A DNA stretch of 64,000 bases from an uncultured Chloroflexia bacterium (GCA_963734535.1 CAVTHS010000007.1:64001-128000); one strand, 5' to 3'. Shown: positions 32,872 to 43,761, counted from the stretch's first letter. Made by a program: numbers and translations. The notes: a model not told the origin generated them from the sequence alone.

Positions 32872-33465
32872 TCAGGCGGGCGACGCCTCGGTTGCGAGCC
32901 GGCGCGCCCGCGCCGCGAGGGCCGGGTTCCCGTTGCGCTCGAACGCCTCCGCCGCCTGCGTCGCGATCGACGCGGCCTCGCGACCACGTCCGGCCAGCTG
33001 CAGCAGTCGCGCGACGTCCACCAGGGCGTCGGCCGCGAGCACGACCAGGTCAGATTCCTGGGCGAACCGAACCGCCTCGCGGGCGACGCTCCGGGCCCCG
33101 CTCGTGTCGCCGGCGCGCTCCAGGGCTCTGGCTCGCCGGGCGCGCCAGAGCACCTGGACGAACGTGTCGTCCTCCGCGGAGGCGTCGATCGACGCCGCGG
33201 ACGTGGCCCCCGGTCTCGCGGCGGCATCGAGCGCCTGCCCGAGGAAGGGCGACATGAAGCTGTGCCCCTCCACGTCGCCCTCGGTGCCAGCGGCCACGCG
33301 ATCGCGACCGGGGAGTCGCCGTTCGGCCGAGAAGCCGTCGCCGGCTCCGGGAATCTCGGGCATGCCGTGGCCGCTCACGTCGTCGTCGGCGAAGCCGTCG
33401 CCCGGACCCATCCGGCGGCGTGCGTTCACCAGGCCATCCGGCCCGGTCGCATCCCGGTCTCCCAT
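32872..33465 (-). CDS. DVxGH-motif protein fused to a TPR-like helical C-terminal domain
   Basis: AGGGGT RBS before ATG at 33465; DDDVSGH and TEGDVEGH motifs; C-terminal QVLWRARRAR...AREAVRFAQESDLVVLAADALVDVARLL...FERNGNPALAARAR. Confidence 0.75.
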   Translation of the reverse strand: MGDRDATGPDGLVNARRRMGPGDGFADDDVSGHGMPEIPGAGDGFSAERRLPGRDRVAAGTEGDVEGHSFMSPFLGQALDAAARPGATSAASIDASAEDDTFVQVLWRARRARALERAGDTSGARSVAREAVRFAQESDLVVLAADALVDVARLLQLAGRGREAASIATQAAEAFERNGNPALAARARRLATEASPA

Positions 33466-33931
33466 GATCCACCCCTGTCGGTTCGGTCCCCCAGCCGCGA
33501 GTGCGGCCCCCGGCGTCATTGCCCCGGGATCCCTGCATGGTGGCGGGTCGACGCCCGCGCGACAATCCCCGACCCGACAGCCGTCGTGTCGCGAGGGCGA
33601 CATCCGGCCGATGAATCCCGCCCAGCGGCCCGCGGCCTGCCGTCTGCCGGGATTCCCCGTGAAATCCTCGTCAATGGCGACCCTGGGAGCAGTATCCGAC
33701 GTGTGGTCTCGGCAGGACGGCCCAGATCGACGCGGGAGGCCGGACCGGCGCCACGGTCATCGGTATCGCTGCGTGCACGAAGCACACGCGAGGAAATCCA
33801 CGGCCGCAGCCGGCCTGCCCGCCTCCACGTGCCGCCCGGGGTTCGACCTTCCGGGTCAGTGATTGCAGGCGCCGCGTTAGCGAGGAAAGTGGGCCGGCGG
33901 CGCAACGCGCGGCGCCCGCCACGGCGTCCCC

Positions 33932-35678
33932 TCAGCCTGCCGCGCCCGGCGCCCCGCGGCGGAGGTCCAGCAGCCGCGGCGCCAGGCCGGGTCCCGCGTT
34001 GACCAGCTCAAGGAAGCTGGCCCCGTCGAGCGCGAGCAGCGTGCCGTCCGTCGTCGCCGTCACGGTCGCGGTCCTGGCCGTCGAGCGGAGCAGGCCGATC
34101 TCGCCGAACACCTCTCCGCTGGCCATCGAGCGGAGCCGGGCGGGCGGTGCGTCCGCGGGATCGCCCGGCTCGCGGCGTGTCACCCTGAACGTGCCGGCCT
34201 CGATGACGTAGAACCGATCCGCGGGATCGCCCTGCCGGATCACGACGTCGCCCGCGCGGGCCGACACCGGGACCAGCCGCGTCGCCACGGCCTCCAGCGT
34301 CGGCACCGGCACGCCGGAGAAGATCGTCAGCCGCGCCAGGCTCGCGAAGCGGGTCGCGGCGATGCTCTCCGGGGCGCGGCGGGCCGCGGGCGCAGCAAGT
34401 ACCGCCCCGATCAGCCCCGCGACGGCGACCGCAGCGCCGGTCGCCGCGAGGACCGTCCCGATCCCGAGGGCGTTCGCAAGCACCGGCAACGCGAACGAAC
34501 CGGCGGCGAACGCGAGCGTGGATGCAGTTGCCAGGACGCCCAGCGTCCGTCCGCGGATCTCGTCGGGGATGGCGCGCTGGAGGATCGTGGTGCTGGTGAC
34601 CTCCACGAGCAGCGCCCCGGCCGAGGCCACGGCGATCGTGCCGACCGCCAGCGGCATCGAGCCCGAGATCCCGAGGGCGGCGAGGCCCGCGGCGAGCACG
34701 AGCGATCCGCCCGCGAGGACGCCGACAAGGCTCGGCCGCAGGACGAAGACCCCGGCGAGGAGCGCGCCCACCAGCCCGCCGACACCGATCCCGGCGTTCA
34801 GGAAGCCGGTCCCCGCGTCGCCCGCTCCCAGGGACGACACGGCGATGACGACGGTCAGCACGCCAAGGCCACCGCCCGCGACGCTCCCGACGAGGTCGAT
34901 CAGGGCGAGGCCGAGCACGGGGACCACCACCGTACGACGGCGCTCGCGGCCTGTCAGGGTCGTCACCGGCGTCGCGGCCGTGGCCTGCGCGGGGGCCGTC
35001 GCGGGGGTCGCGGCGACATCGCCGTGCCCGACCGGGGTCCCGCCCGCAGCGGAGACGTTCCGGCTCTCGCCGGTCGCGGAGCGCCGCGGCGACGGAAGCC
35101 GCCACAGGACCGCGGCGATGACGGCGAACGTGACCGCGTTGAGGATGAACGCCAGGACCAGCCCGCCGGCGGCGATCAGGAGCCCCCCGATCGCCGGCCC
35201 GATCACGAAGGCAAGGTTGTCGAGCGTGGACCAGGCGCTGTTCGCGGGGCCGAGCTGCTCCTCGTTCGCGACGAGGGAGGGAAGGTATGCGCCGATCGCG
35301 GGCCCGAAGAACGTCGAGAAGCAGGTCGCGACGACGGCGAGGCCGACGATCGTGACGATCGGCGCGTTCGTGGCGACAAGGGCCGCCATGACCAGCATGA
35401 GCAGCCCGCGCGCGACATCGGTGACCAGGAGGATGAGCCGGCGATCGTACCGGTCCGCGATGATGCCCGCCGGGATCGACAGCGACCACGTAGGGCAGGA
35501 CGCGCGCCGCGCCCACGATCCCGAGGACCAGCGGGTCGTTCGAGACCTCGTAGACGAGGATCAGGATCGCCACGAGGTAGAGCCAGTCGCCGATCGACGA
35601 GACGAACTCCCCGGCGAGGAGCCGCGCCAGCGGGCGGTTCCCGAGCAGGAGGCGATAGGCCCGCAGGACCGCGATCAT
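33932..35678 (-). CDS. MFS transporter with C-terminal cyclic-nucleotide-binding domain (frameshift near 35487)
   Basis: GEFVSSIGDWLY, ADRYDRR MFS motif, many TM helices; VIRQGDPADRFYVI...FGEIGLLRSTARTATV. Confidence 0.88.
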
Positions 35679-35772
35679 CCGCGGAGGGTACGGCCCGGGC
35701 TGGCGATTCGCACGCCCGAAACGCGGCTGCCGAAACCGCGCGGCCCGAGGTCACGCTCGGGCCGCCTCGAAC

Positions 35773-36368
35773 TCAGCGCCCGCGGACGACCACGCCCTCC
35801 ACCGCGAGCAGCGCCCGTTTGAGCGCGAGGAGCTCGGTGCGGCTGCCGAACCAGCTGCCACCGTAGCCGCCGAGCGTCCCGTCGCCCGCGATCACGCGGT
35901 GGCAGGGGATCAGGAGGCCGACCGGGTTGCGGCCGACCGCCCCGCCGACGGCGCGGGCCGCGCCCGGTGAGCCGATCCGTCGGGCGACCTCGCCGTACGA
36001 GGCGGTGGCGCCGTGCGGAATCGTCGGACGCCCTCCAGCACGCGCCGATCCCAGTCGCTGATGCCCTCGAGGACGATCGGGACGGTGAAGGCCGTCCCCG
36101 AGCCGGCGAGATGCTCAGCCAGCTCGACCTCGAGCCGCCCGACCAGCGCCCGGGTGGCAGGGTCCGCGTCGGCGATACGCAACGTCGGCCGGCCCGTCCG
36201 CCGGGCGACCGAGGCGGCGAACGCCTCGAACGTGGTCCGGAGCTCCACGCCGTGGATTCCGTCAGGGCCTGCGGCCACGTGCACGGGCCCCAGCTTCGAC
36301 TCGAGGACGGCGATCGCGAGGGGCTCCGCGGCGCCGACGCCCCGAATCGCGCCCCTCCCTGGATTCAC
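35773..36368 (-). CDS. ogt: Methylated-DNA--protein-cysteine methyltransferase (frameshift near 36020)
   Basis: [27 protein letters not shown] active-site motif. Confidence 0.88.
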
Positions 36369-36484
36369 GGGCGGAGTGTACGGTGCTCGCGGGCCGGGCA
36401 TGTGCCCACGTCACCGTGCCACGGCGTTGGCGCGCCGGTGGTCTCCGGCCTCGGACAATGCCGTCGCCAGATCCCGAATCCCGG

Positions 36485-36505
36485 TGGTATACTCCCCGGG
36501 AGTAT
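36485..36505 (+). promoter_or_regulatory. CsoR/RicR-type operator overlapping the extended -10 of copA
   Basis: Palindrome ATACTCCC-C-GGGAGTAT at 36489-36505; TGgTATACT at 36485-36493; ATG at 36504. Confidence 0.7.
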
Positions 36506-39324
36506 GACGACCAGCGTCCCAGTCTCCGCTCCCGACCTACCCGCCGACGTCGCGCCGCCGCTCGAGGTCAGCTTCCCGGTGGTCGGGATGACCTGCGCGT
36601 CGTGCAGCAACCGGATCGAGCGTTTCCTGCGAAAGACGGACGGCGTGGTCGAGGCGAGCGTGAACCTCGCCACCGAGGTCGCCACGATCCGCTACCTGCC
36701 GCAGCAGGTGGGCCGTGCCGACCTGGTCGGCGCGATCGAGAAGGCAGGCTACGAGGTCCGGCCGGGTGCGCTCCAGGCCGCCGACGCCCGCGCCGCCGTG
36801 GCGAGCGGCACCTCGGCGACCGGCGCCACGCGCGGCGCGGTGGCCGCTGCCGGCGACGCGGTCGCCACCGAGATGGACGAGACCGAGCGCGCGCGCGCCG
36901 CCGAGACGCGCCAGCTCGGGATCCAGTCGGCGGTCTCGATCGCCGTTGCCGTCGGGATCATGGTCGTGATGTTCTGGCCGGCGATCCCGCTCGCGATGAC
37001 CGACGTCAACCGGCTGGTCCTGTGGCCGGCCACGTTCATCCAGCTCTGGGCCGGGCGGCGCTTCTACGAGGCAGCCTGGCGTGCGTTCCGCCACGGCTTC
37101 GGGACGAACATGAGCACGCTCGTGGCCGTCGGCACCAGCGCCGCCTGGGCCTACAGCGTCTTCGTGACCATGTACCCCGAGATCATCATGCGCGCCGGCC
37201 TGTCGGGCGAGACGTACTTCGACTCGTCGGCGATCATCATCGGCCTGATCCTCCTGGGGAAGTGGCTCGAGGCGCGGGCAAAGGGCCGCACGACCGGCGC
37301 GATCAAGCGCCTCATCGGGCTCCAGGCGAAGACCGCCCGGCTGCTGACCGATGCCGGCGAGGTGGACGTCCCGATCGACCAGGTCCTGCCCGGCGACCTC
37401 CTCCGGGTCCGGCCCGGCGAGAAGGTCCCGACCGACGGCGTGCTCATCGAGGGAAGCAGCGCGCTCGACGAGGCGATGCTGACCGGCGAGGCGATGCCCG
37501 TCACGAAGCGGCCCGGCGACGAGGTGATCGGCGCCACCCTCAACACGACCGGCAGCTTCGTGATGCGCGCGACGCGGGTCGGGAGCGAGACGGCGCTCGC
37601 CCAGATCGTGGAGCTCGTGCGCCGGGCGCAGGGCTCGAAAGCGCCGATCCAGCGCCTGGCCGACCAGATCAGCGCGATCTTCGTGCCCGCCGTTCTCGCG
37701 GTCGGTGCGCTCACGTTCGCGCTCTGGTGGCTGCTGGGCCCGGAGCCGAAGCTGACCCTGGCGCTCGCCGCGTTCATCACCGTCGTGGTCATCGCCTGCC
37801 CGTGCGCCATGGGGCTCGCGACGCCGACGGCGATCATGGTGGGCACCGGGCGCGGGGCCGAGGCCGGGATCCTGGTCCGCGGCGGTGAGGCCCTCGAGAC
37901 CGCCCAGCGGGTGACCACGGTCCTGTTCGACAAGACGGGCACCCTCACGCGCGGCACGCCCGCGGTGGCGGATCTCGTCCCGGTTCCCGGCGGCGACCCG
38001 GAGGCGCTCCTTCGGCTGGCAGCGGCCGTCGAAGCCGGCTCCGAGCATCCGCTCGCGAGCGCCATCCTCCTCGCGGCGCGCGAGCGCGGCCTCGCCTTCC
38101 CGGGCGCGGAGCAGTTCGCCGCGATCGTGGGCGGCGCGCGAGGCGAGCGTCGACGGTGTGCCGGTGCTCGTCGGGAGCGCGCGGCTGCTCGGCGAACGTG
38201 GCATCGACATCGGCCCGCTCGGCGTCATCGGCGACGCGCAGGCCGCTCAGGGCCGGACGCCGGTCTTCGTTGCCCGCGACGGCGTCGCCATCGGGCTCAT
38301 CACGATCGCGGACCCGGTCAAGCCGGAGGCCGCGGAGGCCGTCCGTGCGCTCGCCGCCCAGGGCGTCACGGCGTGGCTCGTCACCGGCGATCATCGGGCG
38401 ACTGCCGAGGCCGTCGCCCTGGCCGCCGGGATCCCGGCCGAGCGGATCCGCGCAGGCGTCCTGCCCGGGGACAAGGCCGCGCTCGTGGCAGAGCTGCAGG
38501 CGGCGGGCGCGGTCGTCGCGATGGTCGGCGACGGGATCAACGACGCTCCCGCGCTCGCGGCGGCGGATCTCGGCATCGCGATCGGGACCGGTGCCGACGT
38601 CGCCATCGAGGCCTCCGATGTGACGCTCGTCGGCGGCGACCCTCGCGGGGTGGTGTCCGCGCTCGCGCTCTCGCGCCGGACGATGGCGGTCATTCGCCAG
38701 AACCTCTTCTGGGCGTTCGCCTACAACGTGCTCCTCATCCCGGTTGCGATGGGCATCCTCTACCCGGCCTTCGGCATCACCCTGAATCCCGCGATGGCGG
38801 CCGGGGCGATGGCCCTCTCCTCGGTGAGCGTCATCTCGAACTCGCTGCGTCTTCGGGCCTACGATCCGCGCCCCGCGGCGGTGCTGGCTTCGAGCCGCCA
38901 CGCAGGCTGGACGCGGGTCCGAGATGCCGCCTACCTGGGCCTCGTGGCGTTCGCGGCGGTCGGAATTGCCGCCGGTGTCATCGGCTACGGGCGCTGGCTC
39001 GACGCGAACGCACGGCCGGTGGACCTGGTCGCGACCGGCCTCCGCGGCGACGCGCCGGTCGTCGCGATCGCTGCCGGCCAGGACGTCCTCGTCACGTTCC
39101 GCAACGACGACGTGGCCGTCCAGGTCTGCACGCTCCCCGGGGTGCCCCGCGTCGAGCTCAACCCGCGGCCCGGCGCGGCCCAGGCCGCCCGCTTCGCCAT
39201 CGCGACACCCGGCACCTATGAGCTGATGTGCGCCCCCGCGGACGGCGGGATGATGTCGGCGACGGACCCGGCGCCCGCTGCCGGCGCGGGACGGGTTGGC
39301 GCCCGATTCGTGGTCGGCCCCTGA
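36504..39324 (+). CDS. copA: Cu(I)-translocating P1B-type ATPase with C-terminal TM and cupredoxin-like extension (frameshift near 38140)
   Basis: GMTCASC metal-binding domain, TGE, ACPC, DKTGT, SEHP, GDGIND, YN, MALSS. Confidence 0.92.
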
Positions 39325-39364
39325 CCGACGGCCGACGCGGCACCCGGCGACGCTGGGCGCCTGG

Positions 39365-39880
39365 TCAGGCGAGCAGGGGCACCCCGATGAGCAGGATCGG
39401 GGTCGCCACCGCGACGGCGACGACGGCCCCGATGCGCCCGGCGCGCCTGCCGAACCCGTGCGGCGAGAAGAGCTGGCTCGCCGCGATCCCGCCGACCGCG
39501 CCGGGCGTCGCCAGGATCGCGGCAAGGAACCCGACCGGCAGGACGTTGGCGCCGCCGAGGATCGCCACGCGCTCGCCCGCCAGGACCGTGATCAGCGTCA
39601 GGAGATCGGCCGCCACGACTGCCCCCGTCGCGGCGCCCAGGATCGCGTCGAGCCGGGTCGCGGTCAGCCCGATCGGGTAGGCGATCGCGAAGACGCCAAC
39701 CGCGAGGACCGGCAGCGCGAGCACGATCGTCCCCGTGAGCCCGCCCGGCAGCGCGGCAACGCCCACCGCGGCGCCCCGGTCCCAGCGATACGCGACGACG
39801 GTGAGCAGCGAGAGCAGGCCGGCGAACAGCCCCGCCTCGAGGCCGCGGCGGAGCCACGCGGGGAGGCGAACGGCAGGCAT
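39365..39880 (-). CDS. Hypothetical integral membrane protein
   Basis: About five hydrophobic segments; downstream of the fab genes. Confidence 0.65.
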   Translation of the reverse strand: MPAVRLPAWLRRGLEAGLFAGLLSLLTVVAYRWDRGAAVGVAALPGGLTGTIVLALPVLAVGVFAIAYPIGLTATRLDAILGAATGAVVAADLLTLITVLAGERVAILGGANVLPVGFLAAILATPGAVGGIAASQLFSPHGFGRRAGRIGAVVAVAVATPILLIGVPLLA

Positions 39881-39936
39881 CGGTCGATCCTACTCGGCGC
39901 CGGCGGGGTGGTCGCCTCGTCGCCGCGCGACCGCGC

Positions 39937-41211
39937 CTACTCGCCCCGGTACTTCCGGAAGATCGCGACCGCGTTCTGGCCGCCGAACCCGAAGCCGTTG
40001 ACCATCACCGTGTCGAGCTTCGCCGGCCGGGCAGTCCCCGGGACGTAGTCGAGGTCGCAGTCGGGCAGGTCGGGGTTCTCGAGGTTTGCCGTCGGGGAGA
40101 TCACCTGGTCGCGGATGCCGCCGAGCGCGGCGAGCGCGCTCGCGATCCCCGCCGCCCCCACGAGGTGCCCGATCATCGACTTCGGCGAGCTGATCGCGCG
40201 GCCGTAGGCAGCCGGCCCGAAGGATGCCTTGATCGCGCGCGACTCCGTGGAGTCGTTGAGCGGCGTGGACGTCCCGTGCGCCACGATCCAGTCGATCTCG
40301 TCTGCCGTCACGCCGGCGTGCTCCCGGGCCATGGTCATCGCGCGCGACGCGCCGCGGCCGGTCGGCTCCGGCGCCGAGATGTGGAAGGCGTCCGCGGTCA
40401 GCGCGCCGCCGAGCACCTCCGCGATCGGCGTCGCCCCGCGCGCCAGGGCATGCGCGAGCGATTCCACCACCACGACGCCGCCGCCCTCGCCGAGGACGAA
40501 GCCGTCGCGGTCACGGTCGAACGGTCGCGAGGCATGCGTCGGGTCATCGTTCCGCTTGCTGAGCGCGCCCATGTTGCCGAGCGCGGCGATGCCGACCTCC
40601 AGGACGGGCGCCTCGGTGCCGCCGGTCAGGACCACGTCGCACTCGCCGGTCGCGATCAACCGGAGGGCGTCGTGGAACGCGATGACGGACGTGGCGCACG
40701 CGGCCACCTGGGTCATGACCGGACCCGTGATGCCGTACTCCATGCTCAGCATGCAGGCGGCCATCGAGCCGGAGAGCGCTGGGATCGCGAACGGTGAGAC
40801 GAACCGGGGCCCGCGCTCCCGCCGAACGTGCGTTCCCTCGACGATCTGCTCGATCCCGCCGCCGCCCGTATTGACGACCACGCCGAACCGGTCGCGGGCG
40901 TCCTGGTCGAACGTCGCCGGGTCCAGGCTCGCCGACGCGAGCGCTTCCTTCGCCGCCGCCATCGCGAAGTGGATGAAGCGGCTCATCCGGCGGGCCATCT
41001 TCGCGTCCATGTGATCCGCGGCGCGGAAGCCCTTGACCTCGGCCGCGATCTTGACCTCGAACTCGGCCGGGTCGAAGGCGGTGATCCGTGCCACCCCGGA
41101 GACGCCGTCGCGCAGGTTGCGCCAGTACGTCTCGAAGTCGTTGCCGATCGGCATGACGGCTCCCAGGCCGGTCACGACGGCGCGGCGGGCGGGGTCGGCG
41201 CTGGGTGGCAC
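39937..41211 (-). CDS. fabF: Beta-ketoacyl-ACP synthase II (copy 2)
   Basis: AACATS, HGTST, KSMIGH, GFGFGGQN. Confidence 0.9.
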   Translation of the reverse strand: MPPSADPARRAVVTGLGAVMPIGNDFETYWRNLRDGVSGVARITAFDPAEFEVKIAAEVKGFRAADHMDAKMARRMSRFIHFAMAAAKEALASASLDPATFDQDARDRFGVVVNTGGGGIEQIVEGTHVRRERGPRFVSPFAIPALSGSMAACMLSMEYGITGPVMTQVAACATSVIAFHDALRLIATGECDVVLTGGTEAPVLEVGIAALGNMGALSKRNDDPTHASRPFDRDRDGFVLGEGGGVVVVESLAHALARGATPIAEVLGGALTADAFHISAPEPTGRGASRAMTMAREHAGVTADEIDWIVAHGTSTPLNDSTESRAIKASFGPAAYGRAISSPKSMIGHLVGAAGIASALAALGGIRDQVISPTANLENPDLPDCDLDYVPGTARPAKLDTVMVNGFGFGGQNAVAIFRKYRGE

Positions 41212-41326
41212 GGGCGAGGTCCTCCGGGAGCGAGCTGAGGCGGTGCGAGTGCGTCGATGGGCGCGGCACTCGGGCGACGACGGGCGGTGTCCGACGGCGC
41301 CGCCTCGATTGTAGCCCCGGGCTCGG

Positions 41327-42589
41327 TCAGTCCCCTTCGTAGTGCTTGAAGATCAGCGCGCCGTTGTGCCCGCCGAGGCCGACGTTGTCGGAGACCGCGT
41401 AACGGATCTCGCGGCGGACCGTCTCCCGGGGGACGTTGAGGTTGATCGCCGGGTCGGGGTCGCGGAAGGTCGGCACGCCCGGCACGGCCTGGTTGTGGAC
41501 CGAGAGGACCGTGAAGATCGCCTCGACGGCGCCCGCGGCGCCCATCAGGTGGCCGGTCAGCGATTTCGTGGCGCTGATCGGGATCTCCGGCGTCCGCTCG
41601 CCGAAGACGGCCCAGAAGGCCTCGGCCTCGCGCAGGTCGCCGAGCGGCGTCGAGGTCCCGTGCGGGTTGATCATGTCGATCCACTCGGCCTTCACGTCGT
41701 GGCGCTCGAGCGCCTGCAGCAGCGCCCGCCGGACGCCATCGCCCTTCTCCACGGGCTGGATCAGGTCCCACGCGTCGGCTGCGGAGCCGAACCCGGTCAC
41801 CTCGGCGTAGATGGTCGCGCCGCGTGCCCGTGCGAGCTCCAGGTCCTCGAGGATCACGGCGCCGGCGCCCTCGCCGAGGACGAAGCCGTTGCGCGTGGCG
41901 TCGAAGGGTCGCGAGATGGTCTGCTCGGGCTCGCCGGGCCGCGGCGTCCCCATCCCGCGCATGTTCGAGAAGCCGATGTGGATCAGCTCGTGGAGCGGGC
42001 TCTCCGTGGAGCCGGCGAGGGCCGCGACCACGTCGCCGCGCCGGATCAGCTCGGCAGCCTCGCCGATGTTGTGCGTGCCCGTGGAGCAGGCTGTCACGAT
42101 GCACATGTTCGGGCCGCGAATCCCGGTCTCGATCGCGATCTGGCCCGACGCCGTGTCGGGCAGCATGTTCGCGATGTAGAAGGGGCTGACGGCGCGGGCG
42201 CCCTTCGATTCCCAGACCTGCCGGTTCTCCATCAGGAGGCGGGAGCCGCCGCCGCCCGACCCGAACAGGACCCCGATCTCGTCGCGGTTGGCGTCGGTGA
42301 CCTCGAGGCCGCTGTGGGCGAGCGCCTTCTTGGCCGCCGCGACGCCGAGGACCACGTTCCGATCCGTCCGGCGGACCTCCTTGAAGTTCATCCAGGCGGC
42401 CGGGTCGAAGTCGTGGACCTCGCCGGCGACCTGGCATTCGTACGGCGACGGATCCCAGTAGGTGATGTGGCCGAGGCCGCTGACGCCGTCGACGAGATGC
42501 TCCCAGACGGTGTCGACCTCCGATCCGATGGGGCTGACGATGCCGAGGCCGGTGACGGCGACGCGGCGTGTGTAATCGGGCTTTCGCAC
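41327..42589 (-). CDS. fabF: Beta-ketoacyl-ACP synthase II (copy 1)
   Basis: TACSTG, HGTST, KSLTGH, GLGGHN. Confidence 0.9.
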   Translation of the reverse strand: MRKPDYTRRVAVTGLGIVSPIGSEVDTVWEHLVDGVSGLGHITYWDPSPYECQVAGEVHDFDPAAWMNFKEVRRTDRNVVLGVAAAKKALAHSGLEVTDANRDEIGVLFGSGGGGSRLLMENRQVWESKGARAVSPFYIANMLPDTASGQIAIETGIRGPNMCIVTACSTGTHNIGEAAELIRRGDVVAALAGSTESPLHELIHIGFSNMRGMGTPRPGEPEQTISRPFDATRNGFVLGEGAGAVILEDLELARARGATIYAEVTGFGSAADAWDLIQPVEKGDGVRRALLQALERHDVKAEWIDMINPHGTSTPLGDLREAEAFWAVFGERTPEIPISATKSLTGHLMGAAGAVEAIFTVLSVHNQAVPGVPTFRDPDPAINLNVPRETVRREIRYAVSDNVGLGGHNGALIFKHYEGD

Positions 42590-42664
42590 GGTGCTGGGAG
42601 GTCCTCCGGGTGGATCGAGTGCGGGTGTCAGGTCCGGTGATGATGGATGGATGGATGGGGCGGG

Positions 42665-43630
42665 TCAGGCCGCCGGGGTGGCGTCGGGATCGGCCAGGCC
42701 GCCGGGGGCGCCCGGGTCGTCGAGCGGGATGGTCTCCGCCTCCGGCGCGATCCGGCGAATGAGCCCGGAGAGCACTCGGCCCGGGCCGACCTCCACGAAC
42801 CGCTCGACGCCGGCGGACCGCATGGCCGTGACGGCAGCGATCCAGTCGACGCCGGTCGTGAGGTGGTCGACGAGCTCCGTGCGGCAGGCGTCAGCCGTGG
42901 TCAGCGGCCGGGCGTCGGCATTCGCGAGGAGCGGCACAGCCGGGGCGTGGAACTCGACGCCGGCCAGGGCGGCACGCATGCCGGCGGCTGCCTCGACCAT
43001 GAGCGGCGAATGGGCCGCGACGCTGACCGGCAGTACGACCGCACGCTTGGCTCCGAGGCCCCTTGCTGCGGCCGCAGCGGCCTCGACCGCAGGGCGGACG
43101 CCGGACACGACGACCTGGCCGGGCGAGTTCCGGTTCGCCACGCCGAATGTCCCGTGGGCGGCGCCGACCGCCACCAGCTCGGGCAGGCGCTCGTCGGGAA
43201 GGCCGATGATCGCGGCCATCGCGCCCGGGTTGCCCTCGCCGGATGCCTGCATGAGCCGCCCACGCTCGCGGACCAGGCGCATCCCGTCGCGCAACGACAC
43301 GACGCCGGACGCGACGAGGGCGCTGTACTGGCCCATGGAGTGGCCGGCGGCGAACGCAGGCGCGAGCGGGTGGCGGCCGCCTGCCTCGCGCCGCTCCTCG
43401 AGGGCGCGGAGGAACGCGATCGAGGCGGCCAGGAGCGCCGGCTGGGCATGGACGGTCAGGTCGAGCTCATCCGCCGGGCCGGTCCAGGCGAGGCGGCTCA
43501 GCGGCTCACCGAGGGCCGCATCCGCCTCCGCGAACACGGCGGCGGCGGCAGGAGACGCCTGGGCAAGCGCACGGCCCATGCCGACGGCCTGCGACCCCTG
43601 GCCGGGGAAGACGAACGCAAGCGAGGACAT
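42665..43630 (-). CDS. fabD: Malonyl-CoA:ACP transacylase
   Basis: GAGGAGG RBS; FVFPGQGSQ, GHSMGQY, AHSPLM, EVGPG. Confidence 0.92.
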   Translation of the reverse strand: MSSLAFVFPGQGSQAVGMGRALAQASPAAAAVFAEADAALGEPLSRLAWTGPADELDLTVHAQPALLAASIAFLRALEERREAGGRHPLAPAFAAGHSMGQYSALVASGVVSLRDGMRLVRERGRLMQASGEGNPGAMAAIIGLPDERLPELVAVGAAHGTFGVANRNSPGQVVVSGVRPAVEAAAAAARGLGAKRAVVLPVSVAAHSPLMVEAAAGMRAALAGVEFHAPAVPLLANADARPLTTADACRTELVDHLTTGVDWIAAVTAMRSAGVERFVEVGPGRVLSGLIRRIAPEAETIPLDDPGAPGGLADPDATPAA

Positions 43631-43747
43631 CGACCTCCTCGAGCATGTCGGCGGGCGCCGGCAGCGGGAATTGCGGGCATGGGCGGCTCGCCGGAAAGAG
43701 ATTGAGCACGAGCGTACTCCCGCTTGCGCGCGACGCGGGCAAATCGC

Positions 43748-43761
43748 GTGCAACCTTGCAC
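43748..43761. promoter_or_regulatory. Palindrome, candidate MarR operator between divergent fabD and marR
   Basis: GTGCAA-CC-TTGCAC. Confidence 0.45.

Noticed and set aside
33466-33931. Possible ncRNA or Crp site in the ~470-bp intergenic gap
   Set aside because: I could not identify a canonical TGTGA-N6-TCACA site or a recognisable RNA family by eye.
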